From a virus: a stretch of 64,000 nucleotides of DNA. The stretch is from the IMG/VR virus record IMGVR_UViG_3300025949_000016. One strand, 5' to 3'. A model generated the notes under the pieces. That model saw only the letters and a list, made by a program, of their open reading frames with translations. It had not been told where the DNA came from and ran no database searches. Below, one piece after another: positions 1 through 11,513 of this stretch. Made by a program: the position numbers and the translations under genes. Position 1 is the first letter of the stretch. The number at the start of each line of letters is the position of its first letter.

Positions 1-1336
1 TTATGCCTTTGGTAACTTGATTATTTAATCTTGTTATACCACCATTAATTTGTGCAGCTTGTGTATAATAAACACTAAGTTGAATATTAGGATTAATTGT
101 TGCTACACTTGGACTATATATCGTTAATTCTCCCACTATGGAGGCGGCGGAGTTATTAGAAATACCTGTAATGATAACTCCTTTAGTATCTCCTGAACTA
201 TTAACGGTACCAGCAGATGTTGTATTATGATAACCTAGCATATACGCATAATTACTTGCACCATTGTCGTATGTAGTTCCATCTGCTGATACTAGTAACC
301 AAAGATCTGTAGCTGTAGTAACCGGTCTTAAATTATAAAAATATATCTTTATTACATTGAATAGGTTATAATACGAAGACATATTAATATCTATAGTAGA
401 AACAGAAGTACTTGTACCGGATGTTACTGTTGCTGGAAGAGTACCAGTAATAGGAGGTAATGTAGTAGTTGTAGTGGCTGTTGCAGTTAAAGTAGTAGAA
501 AAAGCTCCAGAAGTTATTAAGCTTGATCCATCTGCTATAGTAAGCGTAGAACTTGTTGTGGGAGCAGTTATTGTTACCTTATTAATAGTAGTAGCTGTAG
601 CTACTCCTAGTATTGGAGTAACTAGGGTTGGTGAAGTAGCAAAAACCAAAGCACCAGAACCGGTCTCATTGGTTATGGCGGCTGCCAAATTGGCACTCGT
701 TGGTGTAGCTAAAAAAGTAGCAACGCCTGTCCCAAGCCCAGATACGCCTGTGGATATTGGAAGACCAGTACAACTTGTAAGTGTTCCAGAACTCGGTGTA
801 CCAAGAATCGGAGTTACTAAAGTGGGTGATGTGGCAAATACTAATGCTCCAGAACCAGTTTCATCTGTAATTGCAGATGCTAAATTAGCACTAGAAGGAG
901 TTACTAAAAAAGTTCCTACTCCTGTTCCTAAACCACTTACTCCAGTAGAAATGGGTAAACCTGTACAGTTAGTAAGAGTACCTGAGCCTGGAGTTCCAAG
1001 TGTTGGAGTTGTTAATATAGGAGAGGTTAAAGTTTTATTAGTCAGCGTTTGTATTCCAGTAAGAGTAGTTGCATCCGTAATTCCATATCCTGATACTGTG
1101 GTAGGAGTACTTGCTATTTGAGCAAAAGTATAATCTCCCGTTTGAGCAACAACGTCACCTGTTCTAGTAAATACAGAACTAACTGCCCCACCACCTCCAC
1201 CTCCTTGAGAAGCTGGTAACTTACCATTAGCATCTAATGTAGCAATTCCATTAGGTTTACCTTGTATGAAATACAAGTTACCTACCATTCTTCTTAGCTT
1301 TTCTAGAAGCTGATCTGTTACTAATTTATATATCAT
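1..1336 (-). CDS. Tail-fibre-like protein, partial (runs off left edge; missing from ORF track)
   Basis: ATG at 1336 overlaps the previous TAA. Reads [60 protein letters not shown], then two ~60-aa repeats ([22 protein letters not shown]..[34 protein letters not shown]). Frame appears open to position 2. Confidence 0.8.
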   Translation of the reverse strand, partial: MIYKLVTDQLLEKLRRMVGNLYFIQGKPNGIATLDANGKLPASQGGGGGGAVSSVFTRTGDVVAQTGDYTFAQIASTPTTVSGYGITDATTLTGIQTLTNKTLTSPILTTPTLGTPGSGTLTNCTGLPISTGVSGLGTGVGTFLVTPSSANLASAITDETGSGALVFATSPTLVTPILGTPSSGTLTSCTGLPISTGVSGLGTGVATFLATPTSANLAAAITNETGSGALVFATSPTLVTPILGVATATTINKVTITAPTTSSTLTIADGSSLITSGAFSTTLTATATTTTTLPPITGTLPATVTSGTSTSVSTIDINMSSYYNLFNVIKIYFYNLRPVTTATDLWLLVSADGTTYDNGASNYAYMLGYHNTTSAGTVNSSGDTKGVIITGISNNSAASIVGELTIYSPSVATINPNIQLSVYYTQAAQINGGITRLNNQVTKGI

Positions 1337-4020
1337 TATATTCGAATGAATTTACGCTTATGACCTGTTTTTATTCGTATACCATTAAGAACTGGTGGAG
1401 CAGGTAAAGCAGGTAATTGAACTGCTCCTATGTCTATATTACTATTACTTCCAAAGGATGCTCTACCAAGAGTAGGTATAGGTGTTCCATATTTATCTTT
1501 GGTTATATAAGATGGTACATTTGTTCCACCATTATATAATACACTATTTAATTTAGGTATAAATAATATACTATCACTTAACCCGGTTGTTGCAAAAGTA
1601 GGTGCAGAAATATTATTTGATGTGTCTATCTTAAGTACTTGACCTGAAGGTTGAGTAAGGATTACTCCACCTGTTCCTAAACTACCAAAAAATGGCCAGG
1701 AGGCGACTGTGTCTGTATAAGGACCATACATTAGTGTATTTTTAATTTCTATTGTATCTACTCCTACACCATAAGCATCTATATAAGATGCACTATAATA
1801 ACTATTACCAGCTCCAACGCCAGGTCTAGAAAGTGTATTATTATATGCTCTAAGTGATCTTCTTGGTAAATAATAGGAAATTGTCCCATCTCCAAAGTTA
1901 GGTCTTACTTCAACAACAGGATATTTTCTCTTCAATCTACTAATATTATTGTGCCATCTAGATACTCCATCAAATAATGAATCTTCTCGTAAAAATAGCC
2001 AATTTAATGCTGGAACTTGACCAAGTCCAAAACTTCTTGCTTCATTACCAAAGATCGAAGGACCAAAGTAATTATTATAAACATCTACATAGCAATATTT
2101 AAATTGAAACATTCCACAATGACCTATGGGATTAGTAAGAACACCTATGTTCCAACAAGAATCATCATGAATTTTTACTCCATATACATTGGTTAGATTA
2201 AGATAACAAGCTGGATTAGGAGCACCAGAAGTGTAATCTCCTATCTTACAATGATCCACTTCTAGAAATGCCCACATTTCATTAGCAGCGGTATTGCCTG
2301 CTGTAAAAAATGTTAATCCTGCTTGAGTAGAGCTACTATCTGCAAAGATTTTAGTAAGTCTCCACTTATAAAACATATGGACAGTATCTGTCGATGATCC
2401 ATCATAGTTGGGTAATGTACTAGAACTAGGAAGACTAGATGAATTAAATCCAGGCATCTTTATAAGTACAAGAGAATCAAAAGTTATAAAATGAGAATGG
2501 GCTGTATTTGCATATGTGAATAAAAATGGATCAGCGTGATTACTCATGTTAATTCCATATACACGAACGTGGTTACAATTATCCATTGTATTAGCAAACA
2601 AATTCACTGAACTAGGAGTAATAAACACGTTACCTTGAGCTATTATTTGAATATCTAATGTATCATTTATTGTTCCTATTCCAGACATAGAGAAACTACG
2701 ATAACCTCCAGATTTCGGTGGTATATAAACAGTGTCTCCTCCTTTTAAAGTAAATCCTACATTTGCATTAGTAATATTAATATTACCATTTGTTACTGGC
2801 CAAGTATATTTTCTATATGTAACTGTAGCCGGATTCACTACTACTTGCATTGTAGCATTATTACTGTTATTTTGATTATCTGTTGTTGTTAACTTAAATA
2901 CGTATGTACCTTGAATAAGTCCAGTTACACTTGTGCTAAGTGTATTAGGACTAGTAATGGTTGCACTATTAGGTCCTGACAGCTCACTCCATACATTAGA
3001 AGATATTGTATTACCACATAATGCACTAGAAGATCCTGTCAAATTGACAGTATTTATCGGTAATGTTATAGATTGATTAGATCCTGCACTTACTGTAGGA
3101 TTACAGTTTACTCCCCCTACCAGTGTTGTGTCACCTTGAGCAATCATCCATGTAAATAGGTTTTGACCTACTCTATACGTACCCATTGTATTTTTACCTA
3201 CCTGACTAGGAGCATTATTAGGTCCTAATGGAGTCACACAACTCCAATTAGTAGCGCTTGGATCATACATGCTGTTCCAACAGCAATGCGCTCCTCCTCC
3301 TAAATTTTCATAAGAAAAGTAACCAGATCCAGGTACTGAATCATTCATTGCAAGGGAGTAATGCCAACCATCCCTAAAGTTATCAGAACCTGAACCTTCT
3401 AAGTAAAAATATCGTCCACCATACTTTGCTGCCCATACTTTATAAGCCACAGTATCACGATCCCATGTGCTATAAGGAGAGGGTAAAGGATCAGGAGTAC
3501 CTTCTAGTAAACAAGCACTTTTAATGAGTTTCATTCCAGTTTCAGCACCAGCAGTTTGCTCAAATTTAATCATTGCTCCCCAACTAAATGCACCTTGGCT
3601 AAGTCCTGTTAGATGTACACTGCTCCTCTTAATAGGATAATGTGTAACAATATAATTCAGCACTTCATATACGCAAGGAGGATAAGGGGTAACAGTAGTT
3701 GTTGCTGAAACACTTATTATAATGGGATAGTGTTTTCCATTACCTAAAGTTACACCACCGTCCCAACCATGTTGTAACCAATAAAAAGGACCATTTCTAG
3801 TTATAATAGTTGTATCTGTAGTACCTTGCTCTCCTTGTCCTGGCATAAATATAATAGCAGGTCGCTGAGCTGTATCACTACTTATAGGTCTATGGATAAT
3901 CAACTTAAATGGACCACAAGCACTATTATAAATAGTATCATAATGTTGAAATGCACTTGATTCTGATTGTCCGAAAGCTATTATAGGAAGTATAAATAAT
4001 ATGAATAGTAATTTCTTCAC
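1336..4020 (-). CDS. Secreted-type multidomain protein: signal peptide + alpha/beta-hydrolase (esterase) + PKD-like domain + right-handed beta-helix
   Basis: [17 protein letters not shown]|Q signal; [11 protein letters not shown], nucleophile elbow [12 protein letters not shown]; PKD-like [24 protein letters not shown]; Asn-rich beta-helix-like C-terminal half. Confidence 0.75.
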   Translation of the reverse strand: MKKLLFILFILPIIAFGQSESSAFQHYDTIYNSACGPFKLIIHRPISSDTAQRPAIIFMPGQGEQGTTDTTIITRNGPFYWLQHGWDGGVTLGNGKHYPIIISVSATTTVTPYPPCVYEVLNYIVTHYPIKRSSVHLTGLSQGAFSWGAMIKFEQTAGAETGMKLIKSACLLEGTPDPLPSPYSTWDRDTVAYKVWAAKYGGRYFYLEGSGSDNFRDGWHYSLAMNDSVPGSGYFSYENLGGGAHCCWNSMYDPSATNWSCVTPLGPNNAPSQVGKNTMGTYRVGQNLFTWMIAQGDTTLVGGVNCNPTVSAGSNQSITLPINTVNLTGSSSALCGNTISSNVWSELSGPNSATITSPNTLSTSVTGLIQGTYVFKLTTTDNQNNSNNATMQVVVNPATVTYRKYTWPVTNGNINITNANVGFTLKGGDTVYIPPKSGGYRSFSMSGIGTINDTLDIQIIAQGNVFITPSSVNLFANTMDNCNHVRVYGINMSNHADPFLFTYANTAHSHFITFDSLVLIKMPGFNSSSLPSSSTLPNYDGSSTDTVHMFYKWRLTKIFADSSSTQAGLTFFTAGNTAANEMWAFLEVDHCKIGDYTSGAPNPACYLNLTNVYGVKIHDDSCWNIGVLTNPIGHCGMFQFKYCYVDVYNNYFGPSIFGNEARSFGLGQVPALNWLFLREDSLFDGVSRWHNNISRLKRKYPVVEVRPNFGDGTISYYLPRRSLRAYNNTLSRPGVGAGNSYYSASYIDAYGVGVDTIEIKNTLMYGPYTDTVASWPFFGSLGTGGVILTQPSGQVLKIDTSNNISAPTFATTGLSDSILFIPKLNSVLYNGGTNVPSYITKDKYGTPIPTLGRASFGSNSNIDIGAVQLPALPAPPVLNGIRIKTGHKRKFIRI

Positions 4021-4415
4021 TATTTCTCTTTAGTGCTTAAAAACTTAATAATAAAGTTATTAGGATAATTTCTAACTACTTTTTTTTGTTTAGAATAATA
4101 AATCACATCTCCTAATCCAAGAGTATGATATACATAGCAATCTTTATCATATCTATCATCATCTTCCGAAGTTTCTATTAATCCATATTTTAATATAACT
4201 GTATCTGCTTGAATAAATGTAATGGTCTTTTTAATTGGATCGCAAGTAATTATCACTCCAAGTTGCTTATTTTTATAATCCTCTTGAATTTTACTTTGTG
4301 ACCAGAAAGATTTATATTTTGCTACTATGGACCATTTACCAGGGTCTTTTGTTTGAGCGTTTACTCTTACTATTGCAAATAAAAGTATAATTGAATAAAT
4401 TAACTTACGTACCAT
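4020..4415 (-). CDS. Small secreted hypothetical protein
   Basis: 131 aa, signal peptide ending VNA|Q; overlaps both neighbours. Confidence 0.65.
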   Translation of the reverse strand: MVRKLIYSIILLFAIVRVNAQTKDPGKWSIVAKYKSFWSQSKIQEDYKNKQLGVIITCDPIKKTITFIQADTVILKYGLIETSEDDDRYDKDCYVYHTLGLGDVIYYSKQKKVVRNYPNNFIIKFLSTKEK

Positions 4416-5730
4416 GTTTCTTGATTTTTATATAACTTATTAAGGCACATTGTTCACTAGTATTTAATCTACCTAAGTAGAAGGTAAAATTACCAGATGC
4501 ATCTGGAGCTATACCAGTGTGACTAGCACCATCAAATATTAACTGTATATTTGTATTACCTTGCCCATTAAAATTCTGATTTGGTTGAAGAGCAGCACCT
4601 TGTACAGTGTAATTACCTACTGCTGCTACTGTAAATTGTGTAGTACCTGATAAATAAATATCATAAAGAGTACCATCTGTCTTCCATCCTCCAGTTATAA
4701 ATTGAGCATTAGTTGTATTAAAAGTGGTTGAATTTAAAAATGCTTCTCTCATGACACCAGAATTGGTAGCATCAGGTATAGTAGCATTAGTTACACCATT
4801 ATTAGCAGAAGCAGATGCTCCACCTAATTGTCCCCAGTTAGCTGTAGAAACAGTACTATAAGTAATTGTTGTGCCAGATATTGTTCCAGAATTTACTGAG
4901 ACACTGGGATCATTAGGTATTCTTTGCCATCCTGTTACTCCATTACCAGAAGTAATTGCAAACTGAAATCTAGCAGAATCAGGTGTTATACTTGTTCCAC
5001 TAACCGTACCTGTTACATTAATATTCTGTGGAGAAACTCCTGATGCTGAAACTACTATTGTGCCACTTACAGGACCTGCTGGAGCTGATGCAGACTCTCT
5101 TACATAGACCGTCTTAGGAGAGCCTGTAGAGAAAGAAATAGAAGAGGAGAAATTTACACCATCTTGACTTACTTCAACAGGAGAAAAGTTATTTACTGTT
5201 ACACTACCAGCTATATTTGAAAAGGTGACTACAAATGTTTGAGCAGGTCCTGCTGTACCAGTTGTAGAATTTAGATTTGTAATAGTATTGGTAGATACTC
5301 CCATATTAGGAGAACTTGTAACAGTGGCACTAAACGGTATATTTAAACTGGCAGTTGTACTTACACCTGTTATGTTACCAGAATAAGAACCGGTTGTTGC
5401 AGTAGATTTTATTCTAGCATATAATAGCCCAGAAAAACTACCACTTGTAGGAGTATAAGATACAGATCCAGACCATGATATACCATCTTTACTCAATTCC
5501 ATCTCTGTAGTACCAGTAAATACTGCATTAGCAGTAAGATTTATACCTGAAACAGTTACTGATTGAGAGCTAGAGGCAGTGCCAGGAACTGTTGAAAAAT
5601 TAAAATAAGTTCCACTGAAACTAAGAAAAGGTCCAGTAGTTTGCAATTGCATACTATATGCTCTTACTATTTGAGCGTTAGCACCAATTCCAATTAAGCT
5701 AAGTAAAAATATTAATATTTTTTTCATCAT
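4405..5730 (-). CDS. Secreted-type Ser/Thr-rich protein with tandem Ig-like domains and a C-terminal beta-sandwich
   Basis: Signal MMKKILIFLLSLIGIGANA|Q; two similar ~100-aa units (ELSKDG..YARI..G.YSGNI / EVSQDG..YVR..G.VSGTI). Confidence 0.7.
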   Translation of the reverse strand: MMKKILIFLLSLIGIGANAQIVRAYSMQLQTTGPFLSFSGTYFNFSTVPGTASSSQSVTVSGINLTANAVFTGTTEMELSKDGISWSGSVSYTPTSGSFSGLLYARIKSTATTGSYSGNITGVSTTASLNIPFSATVTSSPNMGVSTNTITNLNSTTGTAGPAQTFVVTFSNIAGSVTVNNFSPVEVSQDGVNFSSSISFSTGSPKTVYVRESASAPAGPVSGTIVVSASGVSPQNINVTGTVSGTSITPDSARFQFAITSGNGVTGWQRIPNDPSVSVNSGTISGTTITYSTVSTANWGQLGGASASANNGVTNATIPDATNSGVMREAFLNSTTFNTTNAQFITGGWKTDGTLYDIYLSGTTQFTVAAVGNYTVQGAALQPNQNFNGQGNTNIQLIFDGASHTGIAPDASGNFTFYLGRLNTSEQCALISYIKIKKHGT

Positions 5731-5738
5731 AATTTATT

Positions 5739-8700
5739 TTATTCCGCATACCAAAATCTATTGGATGCAATTAATGTTCTAGTTACTCCCGGAGCTATTG
5801 TAATAGATGTAGTAGAGGAAGTATCATAGATTGCATCACTACCTGTTACTCCTATCGTTAAACTAACAGAACCTGCATTCTTTATAACAAATCTTTTATT
5901 TTTATTAGTAGCTAAGTCAGGTAATGTAAATGTAACAGTTGACGAGCCATAAAATATATAATCTGAATATTGATTGTTCATTGTAACAGGTCCAGTTGTT
6001 TCTAAAACTCCTGCACCATAATCCAGTAAATCTCTTTTGTTACCTAAAATATCTACAAAGAAAAGATTTCCCGACGAATTAAGATACATTCCGCCAAAAT
6101 CACCTGCACTAGATGAAACATCAGCACCTGCATCAAACCATAAAGCATATTTTAATGATGTTGATGCACCTAAAGCTACACCATGTCTACTATTCGAAAA
6201 AGCACCATTTAAGATAGTATTTCCATCCGTCTTAAGTGAAAAATTGGTAGGTGAAACACCAAAGTGACTAAAGCCTGCTGCTACATCCAAAGCATAAGTA
6301 AATCCACTAGATGAACTATTTGTACCCATTATTGGCGCATTTTCTATTCTAAATGTTGCTGGACTAGCATATACTACTCCAGTATTAGTACTAGTAATAG
6401 TAGGTGCTTGAAAGTAATAAGAAGAATAATTAGAAACTGTTCCACTAGCAGCAGTTATTGGATTATTAACAGTAGATGCTACTCCTAATAACTGAGATCC
6501 TTGACCATTATTATACTGTCCCCCTGTTATATTTACTCCAGTTGTAGAATAAGTAGATAATCCAGATAAAGGACTACCACTAGTACCTAATGCTAAGGAG
6601 AAATTACCACCAGATACAGTTCTATTTGCAAGTAAAGTACCATCTACATTATATAAACTATTGTCTGTACCCCATGCACCTTGTCCACCGGTTCCAGTTG
6701 CTTTCCATACTTGACCTATGGTAGAGCTAGTAGTTAATATAGGAGCATTAATAAGTGTTTTAGTACCATAAATACTTTGAGTACCTGCATTAATTACACC
6801 TCTTGTTGCATTACCTGCATCAGGTAAATTAAAAGTGTGTGTACTACCGACAGAACTAATATTAAAATCAGTTCCAGAGCCTCCTGTTGCGAAAGTTTGA
6901 CTAGATGCTGAAAGACCGTTTAAATTAGTAATTCCACCACTGGCTAAAAGATCATAACTAGTAGTTCCATCTCTATACCATAGATGCCCACTAGTTGTCC
7001 ATATATCTCCTTGATTTGGAGAAGTGACGGCCACACCCAATGGAATATTGGCAGTAGGATTAGAAGAAGTAGAAGCTGCAAGTGTTGTTTTATTATTTAT
7101 TGTTGCAGTACCTGTAACAGTAAGATTTCCACTAACTGTTTCATTTCCAGTAAATGTACTTGTAGTAGAATTTACAGTAAAGTTATCTAATGGACCGCCA
7201 CCAACAACAGAAAAATTAATACCTTTTGCTCCAGCAGTATTAGGACGTAAAATATTTGCATTAGCTTGATCAGTTCTACTTAAAGTAAGATCTCCAGTAG
7301 TTAAAGTCTGTGAACCAAAAATTGTATTAGCTGCGGTGTTTATGTTTTGCGGTAATGAAATTACAGGTGTTCCAGTTGAACTAGATACATTAACTTGATT
7401 TGCTGTACCACTTATACTATTAACAATATTTGTCCAAGCATAATCATAATTTGTTCCAGTATTTTTAACCAATGCTTGAGCAGTTATTCCACCAGAAGGT
7501 ACTCCACCATTAGCAGGAGGTAACTGACCAGATACATCTGTAGTAAGAACTACAGAACCAAAGCTTAAATTACCGGCAGGATTACCTTTTAATACTGTTG
7601 TTGTGGTACCTTGATTAGAAAATAAAGAACTAGTTAAACTAGGATGTACATAAGTAGGTGCTGCACTTGATCCCGTAGCATTAGCAAGTAAACTATTTGC
7701 AGCAGCTGCAGTAACTGTAAACGTTAAATTAGGAGTTGTAGTAGGGTTAGAAACACTCGTTGTAAACAAAGGGGATGCACTACCGGCACTAAAGTTAGTA
7801 AGAGTACCTCCGCTACCAGGAGTCTGAAATTGAGCAGTACCTGTAGAAGAGTTCCATGTTAATACCATTCCATTACCTTTTCCTGTAGTGTCTATTGGTA
7901 TATAAGGGGTTCTATAAACAGTACCTGTAGTGGTATCCTGTATTAGGTAATCTAACTTACCATTAGATGCTTGATATGTTGTACCTGAAAGAATAAGTGT
8001 TGACCCCACTGTTGCATTACCAAATGTTTGTAATCCAGTCCAAGTGTTAGCATGAGCTAGATTTATAGTAGCATCATAAGATAATCCTTTCTGAGTATGA
8101 TTTTTAGTCCATGTTAATGAATTAGTGCTTGAAGTCATATTAATGCCCTTAAACCAAACAGTATCTCCAGTTATATTTAAATAAGCAATAGAATCACCAA
8201 CATTTGTATTAGCTAAATTAATAGTACTATCTATTCTTTTCTTATCACCAGGACTCATTAATCCTGCATTACTATAATTAACAAGAACAACTGTACCAGC
8301 AGTACCTGTAGAAGAATTAATAGTAGCTGTAGTGGAATTTTGCGTAACACTTATATTAGTATTACCTGCTCCACTAGCAGTTGTCCAACTTGTATTAGTA
8401 CCATCTGTAGTTAATACTTTACCATTATTTCCAGCTTGATTAGGTAAAATGGTATTCAAAGCGGAGTTCTTATTACCAACATCTGATAGATTATTAGAAG
8501 CTATCATATTACCAACAGTAATAGAACTATCTGAATTTTGAACTCCGTTTATTAACCTTTTAGCAAAAACCGTATCATTTCTACCATATATAGCAACAGG
8601 ATATGTTCCAAGGCTTGGTGATGGTACTATAAGAACAGTATCTAATTTGGTTAGATCGTATTTAGTAGCCAATTTACTAACAGTATCAATAGGTCCAAAA

Positions 8701-9977
8701 GGTATATAAGTAAGTGTATTAGTAATGTCAGTAGCAGTAGCAGCAACAGCCGATGTAATTAAACCTTTTGCATTAACTGTATGTTTAAGTAAAGTATTAG
8801 AAGCAAATACATTACTATTTACTGTAGCAAGCGTAAGAGGAAGATTAGATCCCACAGCTGTACCACTTGCATCTCCTGTAGCTGTGCTTACACCTCCAGA
8901 TCCACTAGCTTGGGCAACCCATGTTCCATTATCAGAAAGAACTTTACCACTCACTGTACCGGGAGCAGGTACTGCACCAGAAAGAGTGGTAGTAAACGTA
9001 TTTATATCCGCTGTAAGCTGAGTATTTGTTTGATAGTTAGAAGTATTACCAGATTGTTTAATATATCCAGTTCCAGATAATTGATTTTGTTTTAATGATA
9101 CATCGTATATACTAGCTAGTGTAGATATAGTATCAAGAGATAGATTATTACCAACAAGCGTTATACCTGTACCAGTAGTAACTGTTAAAAGAGTTTTACT
9201 CACTGGTATAGATCCTGGTAAATCCGCTACAGTAATAGTAGAATAAGCAGGAGGACCTGTGGAACTAGTAGTATTACCTAAAAAAGTATGAGCAGCAGCA
9301 TTACTTAGCGTAAAACTAATAGAGGGATGAGTAGATGCATTAGAAACACTTGCTCCAAATATAGGAGAAAGATTGCCGGCAGCTACGTCCAAAACAGTGC
9401 CAGAACCACCAGTACTACCAACAGAATCTTTTATAGCAAAGCTTCTAAATGTATTATCATTATTTCTTACTCTTATTCTAATGGAATCTAAATCCTTCCA
9501 AATAGAATCTATCATTCTAGGTTTATTAAGTATAGAGGTAAATCCAGAAGCAGCATTCCAATCACTAGAGACTTGACCGGGAGGTATAGTAGGTTTATTT
9601 GTTAAATCTAAATAGGAGCCACTTGTAGCTACAGTTGCAAGTACTGGTTTATTTAAGATTTGAGCCACACCAGACGTAGCGTTCCAGTCAGCATTTACCT
9701 GACCAGGTATAGTGGTAGTATCACCTCTTAATCTATACCACCGAGTGCCGTCCCACCAATAAGGTTGTCCCAAGAAAGATACCATTCTACCAGGTCTAGC
9801 TACGTGTTTACTTGTATCTGTTATAGCAAATTCATGTGCACTATCTTCTCTAGCTACTCCACGAGTAACCATTGTATTTTTTGGCGTACCAATGTATTGA
9901 ATTTGAGCAGTGCAAGCAGAAGGTATTCCAAATCCTGCGCAAATAAGTAGTAATATAATACCTAAATACTTTTTCAT
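5739..9977 (-). CDS. Long tail-fibre-like protein with N-terminal signal peptide
   Basis: 1412 aa, G/S/T/N-rich; QVNADWNA..ILNKP repeats, LATVATSGSYxDLxNKP and GKVLTTDGT fibre motifs; C-terminal TFTLP..IKNAG knob-like module. Confidence 0.75.
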   Translation of the reverse strand: MKKYLGIILLLICAGFGIPSACTAQIQYIGTPKNTMVTRGVAREDSAHEFAITDTSKHVARPGRMVSFLGQPYWWDGTRWYRLRGDTTTIPGQVNADWNATSGVAQILNKPVLATVATSGSYLDLTNKPTIPPGQVSSDWNAASGFTSILNKPRMIDSIWKDLDSIRIRVRNNDNTFRSFAIKDSVGSTGGSGTVLDVAAGNLSPIFGASVSNASTHPSISFTLSNAAAHTFLGNTTSSTGPPAYSTITVADLPGSIPVSKTLLTVTTGTGITLVGNNLSLDTISTLASIYDVSLKQNQLSGTGYIKQSGNTSNYQTNTQLTADINTFTTTLSGAVPAPGTVSGKVLSDNGTWVAQASGSGGVSTATGDASGTAVGSNLPLTLATVNSNVFASNTLLKHTVNAKGLITSAVAATATDITNTLTYIPFGPIDTVSKLATKYDLTKLDTVLIVPSPSLGTYPVAIYGRNDTVFAKRLINGVQNSDSSITVGNMIASNNLSDVGNKNSALNTILPNQAGNNGKVLTTDGTNTSWTTASGAGNTNISVTQNSTTATINSSTGTAGTVVLVNYSNAGLMSPGDKKRIDSTINLANTNVGDSIAYLNITGDTVWFKGINMTSSTNSLTWTKNHTQKGLSYDATINLAHANTWTGLQTFGNATVGSTLILSGTTYQASNGKLDYLIQDTTTGTVYRTPYIPIDTTGKGNGMVLTWNSSTGTAQFQTPGSGGTLTNFSAGSASPLFTTSVSNPTTTPNLTFTVTAAAANSLLANATGSSAAPTYVHPSLTSSLFSNQGTTTTVLKGNPAGNLSFGSVVLTTDVSGQLPPANGGVPSGGITAQALVKNTGTNYDYAWTNIVNSISGTANQVNVSSSTGTPVISLPQNINTAANTIFGSQTLTTGDLTLSRTDQANANILRPNTAGAKGINFSVVGGGPLDNFTVNSTTSTFTGNETVSGNLTVTGTATINNKTTLAASTSSNPTANIPLGVAVTSPNQGDIWTTSGHLWYRDGTTSYDLLASGGITNLNGLSASSQTFATGGSGTDFNISSVGSTHTFNLPDAGNATRGVINAGTQSIYGTKTLINAPILTTSSTIGQVWKATGTGGQGAWGTDNSLYNVDGTLLANRTVSGGNFSLALGTSGSPLSGLSTYSTTGVNITGGQYNNGQGSQLLGVASTVNNPITAASGTVSNYSSYYFQAPTITSTNTGVVYASPATFRIENAPIMGTNSSSSGFTYALDVAAGFSHFGVSPTNFSLKTDGNTILNGAFSNSRHGVALGASTSLKYALWFDAGADVSSSAGDFGGMYLNSSGNLFFVDILGNKRDLLDYGAGVLETTGPVTMNNQYSDYIFYGSSTVTFTLPDLATNKNKRFVIKNAGSVSLTIGVTGSDAIYDTSSTTSITIAPGVTRTLIASNRFWYAE

Positions 9978-11338
9978 TATTTATACATTATTGAGTAATA
10001 TGTGTCTGCAGTAAAGACATCATTTGTTAACGTTAATAAACCAGAAGATGGTGTAAAAGTATAGTAAAGTGCTCCATTTGTTCTAGCAACGCCTGCTATT
10101 TTAACACCTTCTACCCATACTCCTAGAATTGTTTTACCAATTAAAGGATTACCAGTAGGATTAAATTGAGAAGATCCAGCTGTTGGTGTTAACGCTCCAC
10201 CATCTCCTACAATAAAATCTATAGTAAAAACACTAGAAGAGGTAGATCCACCACTTCCAGATGAATTTATTATTAGATCACCACCACTTTGCGTAATTGT
10301 TACATTCGTACCAGCTCTAATTCCATTAAAATTAAGTTGTGTGCCATTTTGACTTTGATAAATTGGAAAAGCATTGGTACTTCCTAAATTATTACCAGAT
10401 TGAATTCTAGTATTAAAAGAATTCCAATCTGTTTGAGACAGGTAACCACTTGAACTAGCACTTGCGAGACTTATTCCAATAACACCTGTTACATTATTAT
10501 AAATTATGGGAGCAGTTCCACTAATAGCTGCTCTAGCTTGTACATCTGAATAACTATTAGTACTTGCTTGAGGAACATATAATCCATCAGCATTAGCTAT
10601 AAGTGCGTTTCCTAATAAAGAAGATACTTTTACATTGCCAGTAAGAGTCATTCCATAAGATCCAGAACTATTAAAGTGAATACTGGAGCTATCATTTACA
10701 GATAAAGGAGTTTGAGTAAATCCTCCTGCACTAATTATATAAGGATTAGCTGCTGAACCATTACCACTACCAAAACTTATGTTATTTCCTGGTAGTATAT
10801 AAGTGGTCATGTCTGGAACAAATAATCCGTTAGTTACTTGCAGCTTATTGGCAACACTATTGGAAATCTTAACTGATGCAGTTATATTGTGATTAAATGG
10901 TCCCGTGGCTGTAAAATCTACAGTAGATGAATCTGTAAAATTAAGGGAGGTTTCTGAAAATATAGGAGACCATATACCATCTGCATTTACCTGAATACTA
11001 TTACCAGTTTGGCCAGATATTTTAATATCTGCGGATAAGTTAGCATTATTATAAGTAAGGTCAATACTAGAAGTATCGTTAACTGTAAAGCTACCTCCTA
11101 CAATAAGTCCAGATAAATCTACCTGCTTGTTTTGTATAACCCCATTACTATCCGTATAAGTAATTACTAGAATATAACCATCTAGTCTAAAATCTACAAC
11201 AGGTGTCTTTATACCAAGGCTCTTTATTAAAGTACCTAAGTATACCTGATTACCTCCAGATATAGATAAATACCCAGTATTATTATTTATACTGAGTTTC
11301 TGCGGAGTACAGCAATTATTCGTCAGACCTGTTGCCAT
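9977..11338 (-). CDS. Fibre/structural protein with D[ST]xx[IV]x[LF] repeats; paralogue of 13733-15214
   Basis: 453 aa; DTSSIDLT, DSSTVDFT, DSSSIHF repeats; GYLSQTDWNSFN fibre motif; N-terminus aligns with the 493-aa protein. Confidence 0.7.
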   Translation of the reverse strand: MATGLTNNCCTPQKLSINNNTGYLSISGGNQVYLGTLIKSLGIKTPVVDFRLDGYILVITYTDSNGVIQNKQVDLSGLIVGGSFTVNDTSSIDLTYNNANLSADIKISGQTGNSIQVNADGIWSPIFSETSLNFTDSSTVDFTATGPFNHNITASVKISNSVANKLQVTNGLFVPDMTTYILPGNNISFGSGNGSAANPYIISAGGFTQTPLSVNDSSSIHFNSSGSYGMTLTGNVKVSSLLGNALIANADGLYVPQASTNSYSDVQARAAISGTAPIIYNNVTGVIGISLASASSSGYLSQTDWNSFNTRIQSGNNLGSTNAFPIYQSQNGTQLNFNGIRAGTNVTITQSGGDLIINSSGSGGSTSSSVFTIDFIVGDGGALTPTAGSSQFNPTGNPLIGKTILGVWVEGVKIAGVARTNGALYYTFTPSSGLLTLTNDVFTADTYYSIMYK

Positions 11339-11510
11339 CTTTATTTTTACCTTCTTTTATTCTAAAATAAGTATTAACCACGTTCCATGCTATAGTAGTT
11401 ATACCTGCAAGTATACCTATTACAATAGCAATTGTATTAAGTGTTATCAAGCCAAATATTGTTACTAGTCCATTTGTTACCCAAAGTAATATGCTACGAT
11501 GATCTATCAT
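11316..11510 (-). CDS. Holin-like small membrane protein
   Basis: 64 aa, two hydrophobic segments and a charged C-terminal tail, located in the late module. Confidence 0.5.
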   Translation of the reverse strand: MIDHRSILLWVTNGLVTIFGLITLNTIAIVIGILAGITTIAWNVVNTYFRIKEGKNKDGNRSDE

Positions 11511-11513
11511 TTC

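Noticed and set aside
474-1121. 215-aa plus-strand ORF
   Set aside because: Antisense shadow of the minus-strand fibre gene 1-1336; its Val/Pro/Ala repeats mirror Thr/Gly/Ser codons
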